Assembly (NCBI GenBank): GCA_000246735.1
Contig: CM001443.1
Location: forward strand, 143,669-207,668
DNA from: an uncultured Candidatus Poseidoniales archaeon
GTDB lineage: Archaea; Thermoplasmatota; Poseidoniia; Poseidoniales; Poseidoniaceae
Reading direction: 5' to 3'
DNA length: 64,000 bases
A program made the translations under genes and the position numbers. A model generated the notes under the pieces. That model did no database searches, was not told the origin of the DNA, and saw only the letters and a program-made list of their open reading frames with translations. This document shows positions 46,580 to 56,324 of this stretch, one piece after another. Within the stretch, counting starts at the first letter, position 1. Each line of letters starts with the position of its first letter.

Positions 46580-47461
46580 ATGAGAAACATGATTACAGAT
46601 AAGTTCTCTAAAACAACGAGCCTGCTTTTGATCGCAACGATTTCCCTCGCAATGGCCGGCACGGTCAGTGCTGCGGATGTCGTTGACCCCTCCGTGAAGT
46701 ATGACGGGGAACCACTTCAGTTGGTTACCTTCTTCCTGTTCTTCGTCGGATACATCTCCATGGGTGCCGCCTTCGTGTTCTTCATGTCCGAGCGAAGTAA
46801 CGTCGCTCCACAGTACAGAACCACAATGACAATCTCTGCTTTGATTGTCGGTATTGCTGCGTTCCACTACTATTACATGCGAGCGGTGTACACCGATCTC
46901 GGAACTGTGTCAGTCGAATACCGATACATGGACTGGATTATTACCGTCCCGCTAATGGCATTGAAGTTCCCAAGTTTGGTAGGCAAAGAAGCCATTACCG
47001 ATAGCAAGTTCCTCGGTATGGGATTCACCGGTATTTGTTTCACTGGCGCACTGATTATGATTGGATTCGGGTACCTCGGTGAATCTGGCGTTCTCGGAGA
47101 AGTCATGGGCGCTGCCGCTGGTGGCTGGGCTGGACTCATCCTTGGTGGTGTTGGATGGGCAATGATTATTGTTGCAACAGGCACACCATGGTCCTCTGGA
47201 AAGGGCGTTGACAACAGCAAGATTGCACCAGAACTCATGTGGAGCGCAAACGCACTCCGCTGGTTCATTGTCGTTGGATGGATCATCTACCCAATCGGTT
47301 ACTTGTTCAGCCCAGGTGCTGAACTCGGCCTCGGTGATGGTAACCAAGAACTCCTCGCAGTGTTCTACAACGTTGCTGACATCATCAACAAGATCGGATT
47401 CGGTATTGTTGCATGGATGGGTGCTAAGAAAGCAACCGAAGCACTTGCTGCTGCAGAGTGA
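46580..47461 (+). CDS. proteorhodopsin-type light-driven pump (microbial rhodopsin) with N-terminal signal peptide
   Basis: helix C RYMDWIITVPLMALKF (counter-ion D, T, donor position = K; tuning position = M), helix G Schiff-base lysine in NVADIINKIGFGIVAW (compare PR NLVADFVNKILFG); 7 TM; signal LLLIATISLAMAGTVSA. Confidence 0.9.
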   Translation: MRNMITDKFSKTTSLLLIATISLAMAGTVSAADVVDPSVKYDGEPLQLVTFFLFFVGYISMGAAFVFFMSERSNVAPQYRTTMTISALIVGIAAFHYYYMRAVYTDLGTVSVEYRYMDWIITVPLMALKFPSLVGKEAITDSKFLGMGFTGICFTGALIMIGFGYLGESGVLGEVMGAAAGGWAGLILGGVGWAMIIVATGTPWSSGKGVDNSKIAPELMWSANALRWFIVVGWIIYPIGYLFSPGAELGLGDGNQELLAVFYNVADIINKIGFGIVAWMGAKKATEALAAAE

Positions 47462-47463
47462 AG

Positions 47464-48489
47464 TCAATCCTTTGACATCGCTCGAAAGAGCTGTTCGACG
47501 TTCATGCGTGGGGCCAAACGGTCCCACGCATGGGCGGCCGGCCACCACACGCATGTGTACGCAAGGACCACGATCATTGATTGTGCAAAAGTAAACGATT
47601 GAGCCTCATCCACTGAGTAGAAAAGGCCTATTGGAATAAAATGCACAAGATAAACTGTAAGCGATCGACGCCCGAGAAGGGTGAGACTGCTGACTGAAAA
47701 TCGCTCGATGAGCATCCATAGAAGCGTGACACCCAGCAAAGCTGCCGTCAAAAACGGAATGTTAGCGGGGAAAAACGTAAGCGTTGCATCGCCCGTTGGC
47801 GATGCCCACTCGAGATCATACGTGGCTGAATAGATGAGTGTTGCAAGGGTGCATAAAAACGCCCCAACAAGGGCCGCCTTTGTTGTGACGGTCTGAGGAA
47901 AGAGGGACTTTTCGCCCCCGTTTTTTGCAATCCAAGCGCCAAAGACCGCGAACAGCACCCATGGAAACAAAGGGTATGTTCCTGTCACCAGTGCGTGTGA
48001 AGTCCACTGCACCGCATCTGTTACCTGAACCCTCGTATTCCAATCGCTGGATCCTTGTATTGATGGTAAAAAAGCAATCAAAAAAAATACTGCGGATGAA
48101 AAGGCCATCAGCGTTTGATGGTTCCTCCGTCGTAGTGAATGAAGCCAAAGTGGCTGAGTGATGGTGAGGAGTCCAAACAACGTCAGTACCCCTGGCGTCC
48201 AAAGATCAAACAAATGTGGTGACGATGCGTTGACACCTGTCTGAGCGATCACAAAGAATGCAGTTCTGTACAAGCGTTGCTTTGTTGTCGATTGACCGTG
48301 AAAACAGCCCCAACCAAACACTGTGACGAAAAGAGGAGCGGCAAGCCCACCCATGCCAGAGACAAGATACACCAGCGCAGATGGTTGTGTGGACGACGGT
48401 GGCCCCCATGTGGCTGCTGCGTGGACCATCACCATGAGCAAGACTGCTGTTGCTCGAATCGAATCGATGTGTTCGATTCGTTGTTTCAA
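47464..48489 (-). CDS. acyltransferase-3 / DUF1624-like polytopic membrane protein
   Basis: IDSIRATAVLLMVMVHAA N-terminal signature and about 10 TM helices. Confidence 0.5.
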   Translation of the reverse strand: MKQRIEHIDSIRATAVLLMVMVHAAATWGPPSSTQPSALVYLVSGMGGLAAPLFVTVFGWGCFHGQSTTKQRLYRTAFFVIAQTGVNASSPHLFDLWTPGVLTLFGLLTITQPLWLHSLRRRNHQTLMAFSSAVFFLIAFLPSIQGSSDWNTRVQVTDAVQWTSHALVTGTYPLFPWVLFAVFGAWIAKNGGEKSLFPQTVTTKAALVGAFLCTLATLIYSATYDLEWASPTGDATLTFFPANIPFLTAALLGVTLLWMLIERFSVSSLTLLGRRSLTVYLVHFIPIGLFYSVDEAQSFTFAQSMIVVLAYTCVWWPAAHAWDRLAPRMNVEQLFRAMSKD

Positions 48490-48498
48490 AGAAACCCC

Positions 48499-49350
48499 TC
48501 AGAGATTCGCTTTTACGTAATCGACAGCGTTTCTGAACATCTGAAGGCCTTCACCTTCCCACTCACCAAGCGCATCACTTGATTCAGGACCTGGCGCAGT
48601 GTTGCGCGTGTGATCGGGATGGAGCCACTTCGCATAGACTGCTTCAGGGTGTGGCATAAGCCCGAAGACAAGGCCTGTTGCATCGCACACACCTGCGATG
48701 TTTCGCATGCTCCCGTTTGGTGACAGTGGGAATGGGAGGGGTTCATCGGTAATACCATCGCCAACAGATGTCGATGGGTCGACATAGCGAACGGTGAGTT
48801 GGTGACCAGCATCAAGAGCGTCGAAATCAGTTGTTGAGGGCATGACGAATTTACCTTCTCCGTGACGAACCGGGCAATCCATTCGAGTCATTCCTTTTGT
48901 CCAAATACACGGGCTTTTAGAATCGAATTCCAGTGTGACCCATCGATCTTCGTAGCGGCCTGAATCATTGAGGGTGAGGCTGGCTCGTTGAACGAAGTCA
49001 GGTAGAGGTGCGTTTGGTCCGGGAAGGAGTCCGGTCTTGACAAGCACTTGGAATCCATTACAGATACCAATGATTGGCTTTCCAGCAGCAACGAAGGCGT
49101 GAAGTTGTTCACGAAGGGCAAAACGCATTCTGTTGCCCATCAAGCGACCACTGCCAAGGTGGTCTCCGAAGGAGAACCCGCCGGGAACCGCAAGAATTTG
49201 GAATTCCTCAAGGGAACGTTGCCCGGAAATGAAGTGGTTCACGTGGACGCGCTCTGACGCGCCGCCAACAAGATTGAACACGGCTGCTGTTTCATGATCG
49301 CAATTGATTCCGAAACCAAACAAAACGGCGACTTTGGGCGCTGACATCAT
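48499..49350 (-). CDS. purQ: phosphoribosylformylglycinamidine synthase, glutaminase subunit PurQ
   Basis: class-I glutamine amidotransferase with nucleophile elbow GICNGFQ; start overlaps the purL stop by 4 bp. Confidence 0.8.
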   Translation of the reverse strand: MMSAPKVAVLFGFGINCDHETAAVFNLVGGASERVHVNHFISGQRSLEEFQILAVPGGFSFGDHLGSGRLMGNRMRFALREQLHAFVAAGKPIIGICNGFQVLVKTGLLPGPNAPLPDFVQRASLTLNDSGRYEDRWVTLEFDSKSPCIWTKGMTRMDCPVRHGEGKFVMPSTTDFDALDAGHQLTVRYVDPSTSVGDGITDEPLPFPLSPNGSMRNIAGVCDATGLVFGLMPHPEAVYAKWLHPDHTRNTAPGPESSDALGEWEGEGLQMFRNAVDYVKANL

Positions 49351-52300
49351 TCAACACCTCCAGTCATGTCAAGTGTCGATTGCCACGAAGCGACCATCTC
49401 TTCCACATTTGTTGAGGCGATTTCTGTATATCCATCGGTGATGGTGAGGGTTGGTCCCTCCACGACTTCGCCGAGCACAGTGATTGGATGGCCAGACATC
49501 CATGCTGTGAATTCATGTTCCTTTTCAGGAGCGACTGCAACGATGAACCGTCCAAGCGACTCACCCCACAAGCGAGCCCAAAGATGTTCATCGCCCGTTC
49601 CGTCAAGATCGATGGTTGCCCCGAGGCGCCCTCCGATGCACATCTCTGCTACCGCCACACCAACGCCGCCTTCTGAGCAGTCGTGGGCTGTTTGGATGAT
49701 TCCTGACTGAATTGCTGTGGAGAGCGCGCGGTAGGTGTTCAGGTTTTGTTCGGGGTTCGGGAGCTGGGGTGGAGTGCCACCAATGCCGGTTGTTTGGCCA
49801 GATTCTTTTAGCATAAACGCAATTTCTGAAGCACCGAGTTCGTGATGAGATCGTCCAACAAGATACACTTTATCGCCTGCGTTTTTGAAATCACTTGTTG
49901 CTGTGTACCTGACATCGGGTTGGTCACCGAAGAGAGAAAACAACAACGTTGGTGGAATTGAAATCTTCTTTTCACCTGTGCCATAGTCGTTCTTCATCGA
50001 ATCCTTTCCACTGACGCATGGCAAACGATACGCTCGACAGACGCGCTCGAGTTCACGGTTGGCACGAACAAGTTGTGCAAGTTTGAATCGACCATCGGGG
50101 GTCTTGACTGACTCGATAGAATCTGGCCAACAGAAGTTGTCCAAGCCAGCGATTTTGTCGACGTCAACACCAGCGCACACTGCATTTCGTACAGCTTCGT
50201 CAATCGAAGCGGCTGCCATTGCACCAGCATCAAGATCTGAATACCGAGGGGCGATGCCGCACGAGATGACGAGGCCGTGTGGGTTGCCATGAATTGGAGC
50301 AATCAGACCTGCATCGCCTGGTCCGTCGCGCTTCACGCCGACAAACGGTTTGATTGCAGTTTGGGCAATGACTTCGTGGTCGTATTGACGAACCCATGTT
50401 TCCTTGCTTGCAATGTTTGGTCGGGCGAGCATCTTCAACAAAAGGTCGGCATGATCGGCATCGGTTGGTGGAACGAATGGTTCCACGATTGGTGCCGTCC
50501 ATTCAGATTCAAGTTGCAGCTGAGGAACGCCATCGTGAAGGAATTCAATCGGAAGATAGGCTACGGTTGTCGCGTCATATTTGACATGGAAGACGCCGCT
50601 GTCGGTGAAGGTTGCAACAGCGGTCGCTTCGACTTCGTGCAGTGCAGCGAGCGCATCGAACGCATCGCGGTCTTCTTCTTTGACGGCGATCGTCATTCGC
50701 TCTTGGCTTTCTGAAACCAAAATTTCCCAAGCGGAAAGACCTGCTTGCTTGAGTGGTACTTTTGCAAGGTCGATTTCACATCCATTGGTGTATTCTGCCA
50801 TTTCACCAATTGATGAAGATAAGCCACCTGCTCCGTTATCGGTGATGCAGGTGATCAGGCCCAAGTCGCGGGCTTCGAGGACCATGTCGATCATTTTCTT
50901 CTGGGTGATTGGGTCACCAATCTGTACGGCGCTTGAAGGGCTTTCTTCTGTGAGTTCGAGGGACGAGAAGGTTGCCCCGTGAATGCCGTCGTAGCCAACT
51001 CGGCCGCCAACCATGTAGACGATGTCGCCTGCTACTGGTGTCTTGATGTGACTTTCCCGGCCGTCTGGAAGACGTCGTGGCATGATTCCGATGGTGCCGC
51101 AGTAGACCAGTGGCTTGCCAATGTAACGGTCATCGAATACAATGGCTCCATTGACTGTTGGAATTCCCGATTCATTTCCGCCAACTCGCACGCCTGCGTG
51201 AACACCACGGAACACACGGGAAGGGTGGAAGAGGTTGTCTGGAAGGTTGCCCTCCCAAGTGGGCGGCCCAAAGCAGAACACGTCGGTGTTAGCAATTGGG
51301 CGGGCGCCCAATCCAGTACCAAGAATGTCGCGGTTCACGCCAACAATGCCTGTCATTGCGCCACCATAGGGATCAAGGGCGGATGGGGAATTGTGAGTTT
51401 CGGCTTTCATGCACACACTCCACTCGTCATCCCACGCGATGACACCGGAATTATCATGGAACACTGAAAGGAGCCAATCGACTTCTTTTTGCATGTCGTG
51501 TGTTGGCTTCATGATGTGCGTCTTGAAGATTGAATCAATGGTGGCTTCCTCACCAGTTTCGGTGTCGATATGATGGATTTTTGAGGCGAAAATCTTGTGT
51601 TTACAATGCTCGCTCCATGTCTGGGCAAGGCACTCCAATTCTACATCCGTTGGCGCGTCTGCAACAATTCCAGCCTCCGTCCTTGCTTGTCGAACCGTGT
51701 TGTCTCGGTAGTGGGCCTGAATGGTTTGCATTTCCTCAAGGTTGAGTGCGAGAAGGCCTGTTTCTGAAAGTTCAATCAGTGCCTCGTCAGAGATTTCCAT
51801 ATCGACATGTGATGGTGCTTCGAATGTTTGAGGAGGTTTCTCGGTGTACTCGATTTCTGGCCACTGCCCAACTGCGCACGCTGCAGCATCGGCAACCAAC
51901 GCACGTTCGATGAGGTTGTTGTGAAGGGTGTTGGCGAGCCATGAGACATCCACCTGTTCGGGCAAGCCAAAGAAAGCGTATGTGATGTAGGTCGAAATTG
52001 ATGCATCGTTGGCTTGTGGAAAAATGGTGCGGAAGCCGTCAAGTGCTGCTGAACCTGGGTTATCGGTCACGCCGGCCTTGAATCCAACCGTGACAATCGC
52101 ATCTGGTGTCGTTGGGAAATGAGTGGCGCTGGTGAGCATCAGTGTGTTTGTTGAGGCATCTTCTATGATTGGATCTGCGAACAAGTCGTTCACCCTTGAT
52201 TCGATCGAATCTGAAGGGATTTCGGATTTGATCAGATAGCCGACGATGCTCCTGACTTCAGGAACTGAGATTGAGTGATCGGATGCGAGCTGTCGGCGGA

Positions 52301-52379
52301 CAACATCGCCACGAACATCGCGCATACCAGGTCCTTGTTTTGGCGTGACTTCGACACGAGTAATGGCCATGATGTTCAC
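49347..52379 (-). CDS. purL: phosphoribosylformylglycinamidine synthase PurL fused to two N-terminal PurS-like domains
   Basis: residues 4-75 (ITRVEVTPKQGPGMRDVRGDVVRRQL ... ADPIIED) and 95-165 (IVTVGFKAGVTDNPGSAALDGF ... NNLIERALV) are both PurS-like; then PurL core (WSEHCKHKIF ...), 1010 aa total. Confidence 0.85.
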   Translation of the reverse strand: MNIMAITRVEVTPKQGPGMRDVRGDVVRRQLASDHSISVPEVRSIVGYLIKSEIPSDSIESRVNDLFADPIIEDASTNTLMLTSATHFPTTPDAIVTVGFKAGVTDNPGSAALDGFRTIFPQANDASISTYITYAFFGLPEQVDVSWLANTLHNNLIERALVADAAACAVGQWPEIEYTEKPPQTFEAPSHVDMEISDEALIELSETGLLALNLEEMQTIQAHYRDNTVRQARTEAGIVADAPTDVELECLAQTWSEHCKHKIFASKIHHIDTETGEEATIDSIFKTHIMKPTHDMQKEVDWLLSVFHDNSGVIAWDDEWSVCMKAETHNSPSALDPYGGAMTGIVGVNRDILGTGLGARPIANTDVFCFGPPTWEGNLPDNLFHPSRVFRGVHAGVRVGGNESGIPTVNGAIVFDDRYIGKPLVYCGTIGIMPRRLPDGRESHIKTPVAGDIVYMVGGRVGYDGIHGATFSSLELTEESPSSAVQIGDPITQKKMIDMVLEARDLGLITCITDNGAGGLSSSIGEMAEYTNGCEIDLAKVPLKQAGLSAWEILVSESQERMTIAVKEEDRDAFDALAALHEVEATAVATFTDSGVFHVKYDATTVAYLPIEFLHDGVPQLQLESEWTAPIVEPFVPPTDADHADLLLKMLARPNIASKETWVRQYDHEVIAQTAIKPFVGVKRDGPGDAGLIAPIHGNPHGLVISCGIAPRYSDLDAGAMAAASIDEAVRNAVCAGVDVDKIAGLDNFCWPDSIESVKTPDGRFKLAQLVRANRELERVCRAYRLPCVSGKDSMKNDYGTGEKKISIPPTLLFSLFGDQPDVRYTATSDFKNAGDKVYLVGRSHHELGASEIAFMLKESGQTTGIGGTPPQLPNPEQNLNTYRALSTAIQSGIIQTAHDCSEGGVGVAVAEMCIGGRLGATIDLDGTGDEHLWARLWGESLGRFIVAVAPEKEHEFTAWMSGHPITVLGEVVEGPTLTITDGYTEIASTNVEEMVASWQSTLDMTGGVE

Positions 52380-52440
52380 CGCCCCCTACGGGGGCGAACT
52401 GACTGCCATTGCCTACGCCCCTTGAACAATACGGAAGCAG

Positions 52441-55380
52441 TTAGTTTAGCATTTCAGCCAAAAATTGTCCTGTAAAGCTCTCTTCGCAGGCTGCAATGTC
52501 TTCCGGTGTGCCTTCCACCAAAATTGTTCCACCGCGCTCGCCACCTTCTGGGCCCAAATCGATGACCCAGTCCGAGGACTTCACCACATCGAGGTGATGT
52601 TCGATGACGATGACGGTATGGCCCTTCGTTCGGAGTTCCAAAAGGACCTCGATGAGCAATTGTACATCGGAGAATGAAAGCCCGGTTGTGGGCTCGTCGA
52701 GAATGTACACTGTGTGCTTTGTTGGAGGTCGGCGCAGTTCGCTTGCGAGCTTGACACGTTGCGCCTCTCCACCAGAAAGTGTGGTTGCAGGTTGACCAAG
52801 CCGAACGTATGACAAGCCAACAGCGCGTAGTGTATCGAGTGTTCTGAAGATTTTACGGTGATTGCCGAAGAATTCGACAGCCTCGCCAATCGGCATTTCC
52901 AAAATCTCGTGGATGTTCTTGCCTTTCCATGTCACTTCGAGGCATTCTCGCGTGTAGCGCTTGCCGTGGCAAATATCACAGGTGATCCAAACATCCGGAA
53001 GGAAGTTCATTTCAAGTTTGATTGAACCAGCTCCTTTGCAAGATTCGCAGCGTCCACCTTTCACGTTGAAGCTGAAAGTTCCGGGGGTGTAGCCGCGTTC
53101 TTTGGCGAGTGTGGTTTTTGACAAGAGGCTGCGTATCTCATCGAAGACTTTGGTGTAGGTTGCAGGGTTCGAACGGGGGGTGCGGCCAATGGGGGACTGG
53201 TCAATGATGATTGCTTTGTCAGTGTGCTCCAGACCTTTGATTTCGCGATGCTTTCCCGGAACAGTGTCTGCATTGTGCAAATAGCGTTGAAGCGCTGGTG
53301 CGAGGATGCCTGACACAAGTGAGGATTTCCCAGATCCTGATACGCCTGTCACCGCTGTCATACATCCAACAGGGAACGATGCTGTGATGTTCTGAAGGTT
53401 GTTGTGTGAAGCGCCTTTGACAGTGAGCCGTTTGCGTGTTGCTTTGGTTCGCTTTTCTGGAACTGGGATGCTCCGCCTCCCGCTGAGGTACGCACCAGTG
53501 ATGGATTTTTCTTCAGCCATAGCGACTTCTGGTGGCCCGTTGGCAACGATTTGACCTCCTTCAAGCCCGGCACCAGGGCCGAGATCGCACAGCCAATCTG
53601 CTTGGCGGAGTGTATCTTCATCGTGCTCGACGACAATGAGCGTGTTGCCGAGATCGCTGAGTTCCCGAAGGGTTGCCAAAAGCCGTTCATTATCGCGTTG
53701 ATGGAGCCCAATAGATGGTTCGTCAAGGACATACATCACGCCGGTCAATCGGCTGCCGATTTGTGTAGCGAGGCGAATGCGTTGACTTTCGCCACCCGAG
53801 AGGGTGTTTGCTTTTCGATCAAGGGTGAGATAATCGAGGCCAACGCTGTCAAGGAATCCGAGGCGGTTTTCGATTTCTTTGAGAATCTCGTTGCCGATGA
53901 AGATGCTGCGCTCGTTAAGCGGTTCCAATGTATCCGCGAAGTATTCGGGGGCTCCAGGGCCATCTGGCCACCACGCTCGCACCACTGAAAGGGCGTCGTG
54001 AACTGAACAGTGGCTGACTTCTGGAAGGCGAATACCGCCAACCGAGACGTAGCGTGCTGCAGCGTTCAATTTCTCCCCATTGCATTCACTGCAATCAAGA
54101 TCGGTCATACAGGCGATGAGGCGGCTTCGTGTTCGTTCTGAAGTGGTTTCAGTGTACGTTCGTTGAAGCCGAGCGATGATGCCTTCCCATGGCCGGTTCA
54201 TTTTGTAGACAGAGCCGTTATCAGATTCAAAGTGGAAATTAATCACAGTTGATCCTGAACCATTGAGAAGGATGTCTCGATCATCATCATCCAAAAGTTC
54301 AAACGGCGTGTTCTTTGGAATTTTGTAATGTTCACAAACTTGTTCCATAAGCCGTCGGTACCACGAAGGTGACATCGATTGGCGCCAAGGTCGTACGCAG
54401 CCATTGCTGATGGTGAGGGTGCCATCGATGATGAGATCAATGTTGAATTGGCGCTGGACTCCGAGGCCTTGGCATGAACCACAAGCACCGAGGGGTGAGT
54501 TGAATGAGAAGACCCGAGGGGAAAGTTCAGGCATGAAGGCGCCGTGTTCTGGACAGGCGAAGTCTTCAGACCAAGCTATCGTTTCACCAACTTGAGTAAT
54601 TCTTGCTTTGGTGCCTTCTGACAGTTCGGCATCTTCTGCTGGCCCTTCGAGGCTCTCGATTGCAGTAGCGCCACCACCGATTCGAAGTGAGCTTTCGACG
54701 GCTTCAGTCAAGCGTTGACGGCGATCCCTCGTGCAGCGAAGTCGGTCGATTCGAACATCAATATCGTGTCGGAAATTCTTGTCAAGTTCCGGCGGAGATT
54801 CGAATTCAACTTCGTGACCGTTGACCTTTCCATTGAGGAAACCTTGCTCGACAAGTTGGCGGAACAAATCCACATGTGTGCCTTTTCGAGCGCGAACTGC
54901 TGGTGCCCATATGGCAATGGCGTGGCCTTCCATGTGCCACAACACATCGTCCACAATTTCCTGAACGGTGCGCCTTGCCACCTCTCGCCCACACGTGGGG
55001 CAATGAGGAATCCCAATCCGCGCCCATAACAACCGCAGGTAATCCTGGATTTCTGTTACAGTGGCAACGGTTGATCTTGGGTTGTGAGACCCTTGTTTCT
55101 GATCGATGGAAATTGCAGGGGAAAGGCCCTCGATTCCGTCGCAGTCGGCCTTTTTCATCTGCCCGATAAACTGACGAGCGTATGAGGAAAGACTCTCAAC
55201 ATACCTTCGTTGACCTTCGGCGTAAAGCGTGTCGAAAGCAAGGCTGGATTTGCCTGAACCTGACACACCTGAAATGACAACGAATTGTCCCCTTGGTAAC
55301 TTGACGGTGATGTCCTGTAAGTTGTGGGTTCGCGCCCCTCTAACTTCAATCCAACCATGGTCACCCGCCTCGCCACTCAT
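52441..55380 (-). CDS. uvrA: excinuclease ABC subunit A
   Basis: two ABC ATPase modules (GVSGSGKSSLAFDTL and TGVSGSGKSSLV), Zn-finger Cys clusters, LSGGESQRIRLA and LSGGEAQRVKLA signatures; 979 aa. Confidence 0.9.
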   Translation of the reverse strand: MSGEAGDHGWIEVRGARTHNLQDITVKLPRGQFVVISGVSGSGKSSLAFDTLYAEGQRRYVESLSSYARQFIGQMKKADCDGIEGLSPAISIDQKQGSHNPRSTVATVTEIQDYLRLLWARIGIPHCPTCGREVARRTVQEIVDDVLWHMEGHAIAIWAPAVRARKGTHVDLFRQLVEQGFLNGKVNGHEVEFESPPELDKNFRHDIDVRIDRLRCTRDRRQRLTEAVESSLRIGGGATAIESLEGPAEDAELSEGTKARITQVGETIAWSEDFACPEHGAFMPELSPRVFSFNSPLGACGSCQGLGVQRQFNIDLIIDGTLTISNGCVRPWRQSMSPSWYRRLMEQVCEHYKIPKNTPFELLDDDDRDILLNGSGSTVINFHFESDNGSVYKMNRPWEGIIARLQRTYTETTSERTRSRLIACMTDLDCSECNGEKLNAAARYVSVGGIRLPEVSHCSVHDALSVVRAWWPDGPGAPEYFADTLEPLNERSIFIGNEILKEIENRLGFLDSVGLDYLTLDRKANTLSGGESQRIRLATQIGSRLTGVMYVLDEPSIGLHQRDNERLLATLRELSDLGNTLIVVEHDEDTLRQADWLCDLGPGAGLEGGQIVANGPPEVAMAEEKSITGAYLSGRRSIPVPEKRTKATRKRLTVKGASHNNLQNITASFPVGCMTAVTGVSGSGKSSLVSGILAPALQRYLHNADTVPGKHREIKGLEHTDKAIIIDQSPIGRTPRSNPATYTKVFDEIRSLLSKTTLAKERGYTPGTFSFNVKGGRCESCKGAGSIKLEMNFLPDVWITCDICHGKRYTRECLEVTWKGKNIHEILEMPIGEAVEFFGNHRKIFRTLDTLRAVGLSYVRLGQPATTLSGGEAQRVKLASELRRPPTKHTVYILDEPTTGLSFSDVQLLIEVLLELRTKGHTVIVIEHHLDVVKSSDWVIDLGPEGGERGGTILVEGTPEDIAACEESFTGQFLAEMLN

Positions 55381-55439
55381 GGTATCATCCTAACGGGCGC
55401 GCCAACGGTTCAAGAATGCATGTATGGATGAATTGTGAT

Positions 55440-56324
55440 TCACCTTGACATAAATGGCACCCTTGCTTCGAAACGAACCGGGTCGTCGTTCTCAGGATGG
55501 AGGAATTCAAGAGCGGAGGCATGCAGTGCAATCCGACTCAAGGGGTTCGTTTCAGCACCGTGGAGATCGTCACCAACCACAGGGCAATCAAGCGCCTTCA
55601 TCGCCATACGAATTTGGTGTCGCCTCCCCGTTTCAATGGTGATGTGGATCAGTGAGACTTCGTCATCGGCGTCTTCAACCGTCCAATGGGTGATGGCTTC
55701 TTTCGCTCCTTTGAATGATGGTTTGACTTTCTTCACTCGGAGGTTTCGATCTTCGACCAACCATGCTCGCTCGGTTCCGCTGTGGTGCTCTGGTGTGCCT
55801 TCGACAAGAGCGTGGTATGTTCGATGAACTTCACGGTTTGCGAATTGAGATTGGAGGTATGTTTTGTGGTGTTCATGGCGTGCAAAAACCATCACACCAG
55901 ATGTCTCCCGGTCCAACCTGTGAACGATGTGAACCCAAGCTCGTTCATCACCGAGCCGTACGTAATTCACACATCGGGCATGAAGCGTGTCATCTTCGAG
56001 TTTGTTCGTGGCGACTGAAAGCAACCCTGCTGGTTTGTCGACGACAAGAATGGCCTCATCCTCATAGAGAATCTTCAGTTTGTGCTTCTTTTTAGTTGAA
56101 GCCGGTGGGGGGGCTGCTTCCTTTCCTTTTGCTCGATCGGTGACTTGGATGGTTTGGCCTGCTTCGACCGTGTGTTTCGCCCGATGCTTCACCACGCCAT
56201 CGACAAGAACACGCCCCTCTGTCAGCATTTTCCGGATCTTCGCCCGAGTTGTTTCTGGAAACATTGTTGCAACGCCATCAATGAGGTACGTCGGTTCGTT
56301 TGGTGTCGACTCCATTGCACTCAC
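55440..56324 (-). CDS. pseudouridine synthase, RluA/RluD family with N-terminal S4 domain
   Basis: S4-like N-terminus; catalytic HRLDRETSGVMVFAR motif. Confidence 0.85.
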   Translation of the reverse strand: MSAMESTPNEPTYLIDGVATMFPETTRAKIRKMLTEGRVLVDGVVKHRAKHTVEAGQTIQVTDRAKGKEAAPPPASTKKKHKLKILYEDEAILVVDKPAGLLSVATNKLEDDTLHARCVNYVRLGDERAWVHIVHRLDRETSGVMVFARHEHHKTYLQSQFANREVHRTYHALVEGTPEHHSGTERAWLVEDRNLRVKKVKPSFKGAKEAITHWTVEDADDEVSLIHITIETGRRHQIRMAMKALDCPVVGDDLHGAETNPLSRIALHASALEFLHPENDDPVRFEARVPFMSR

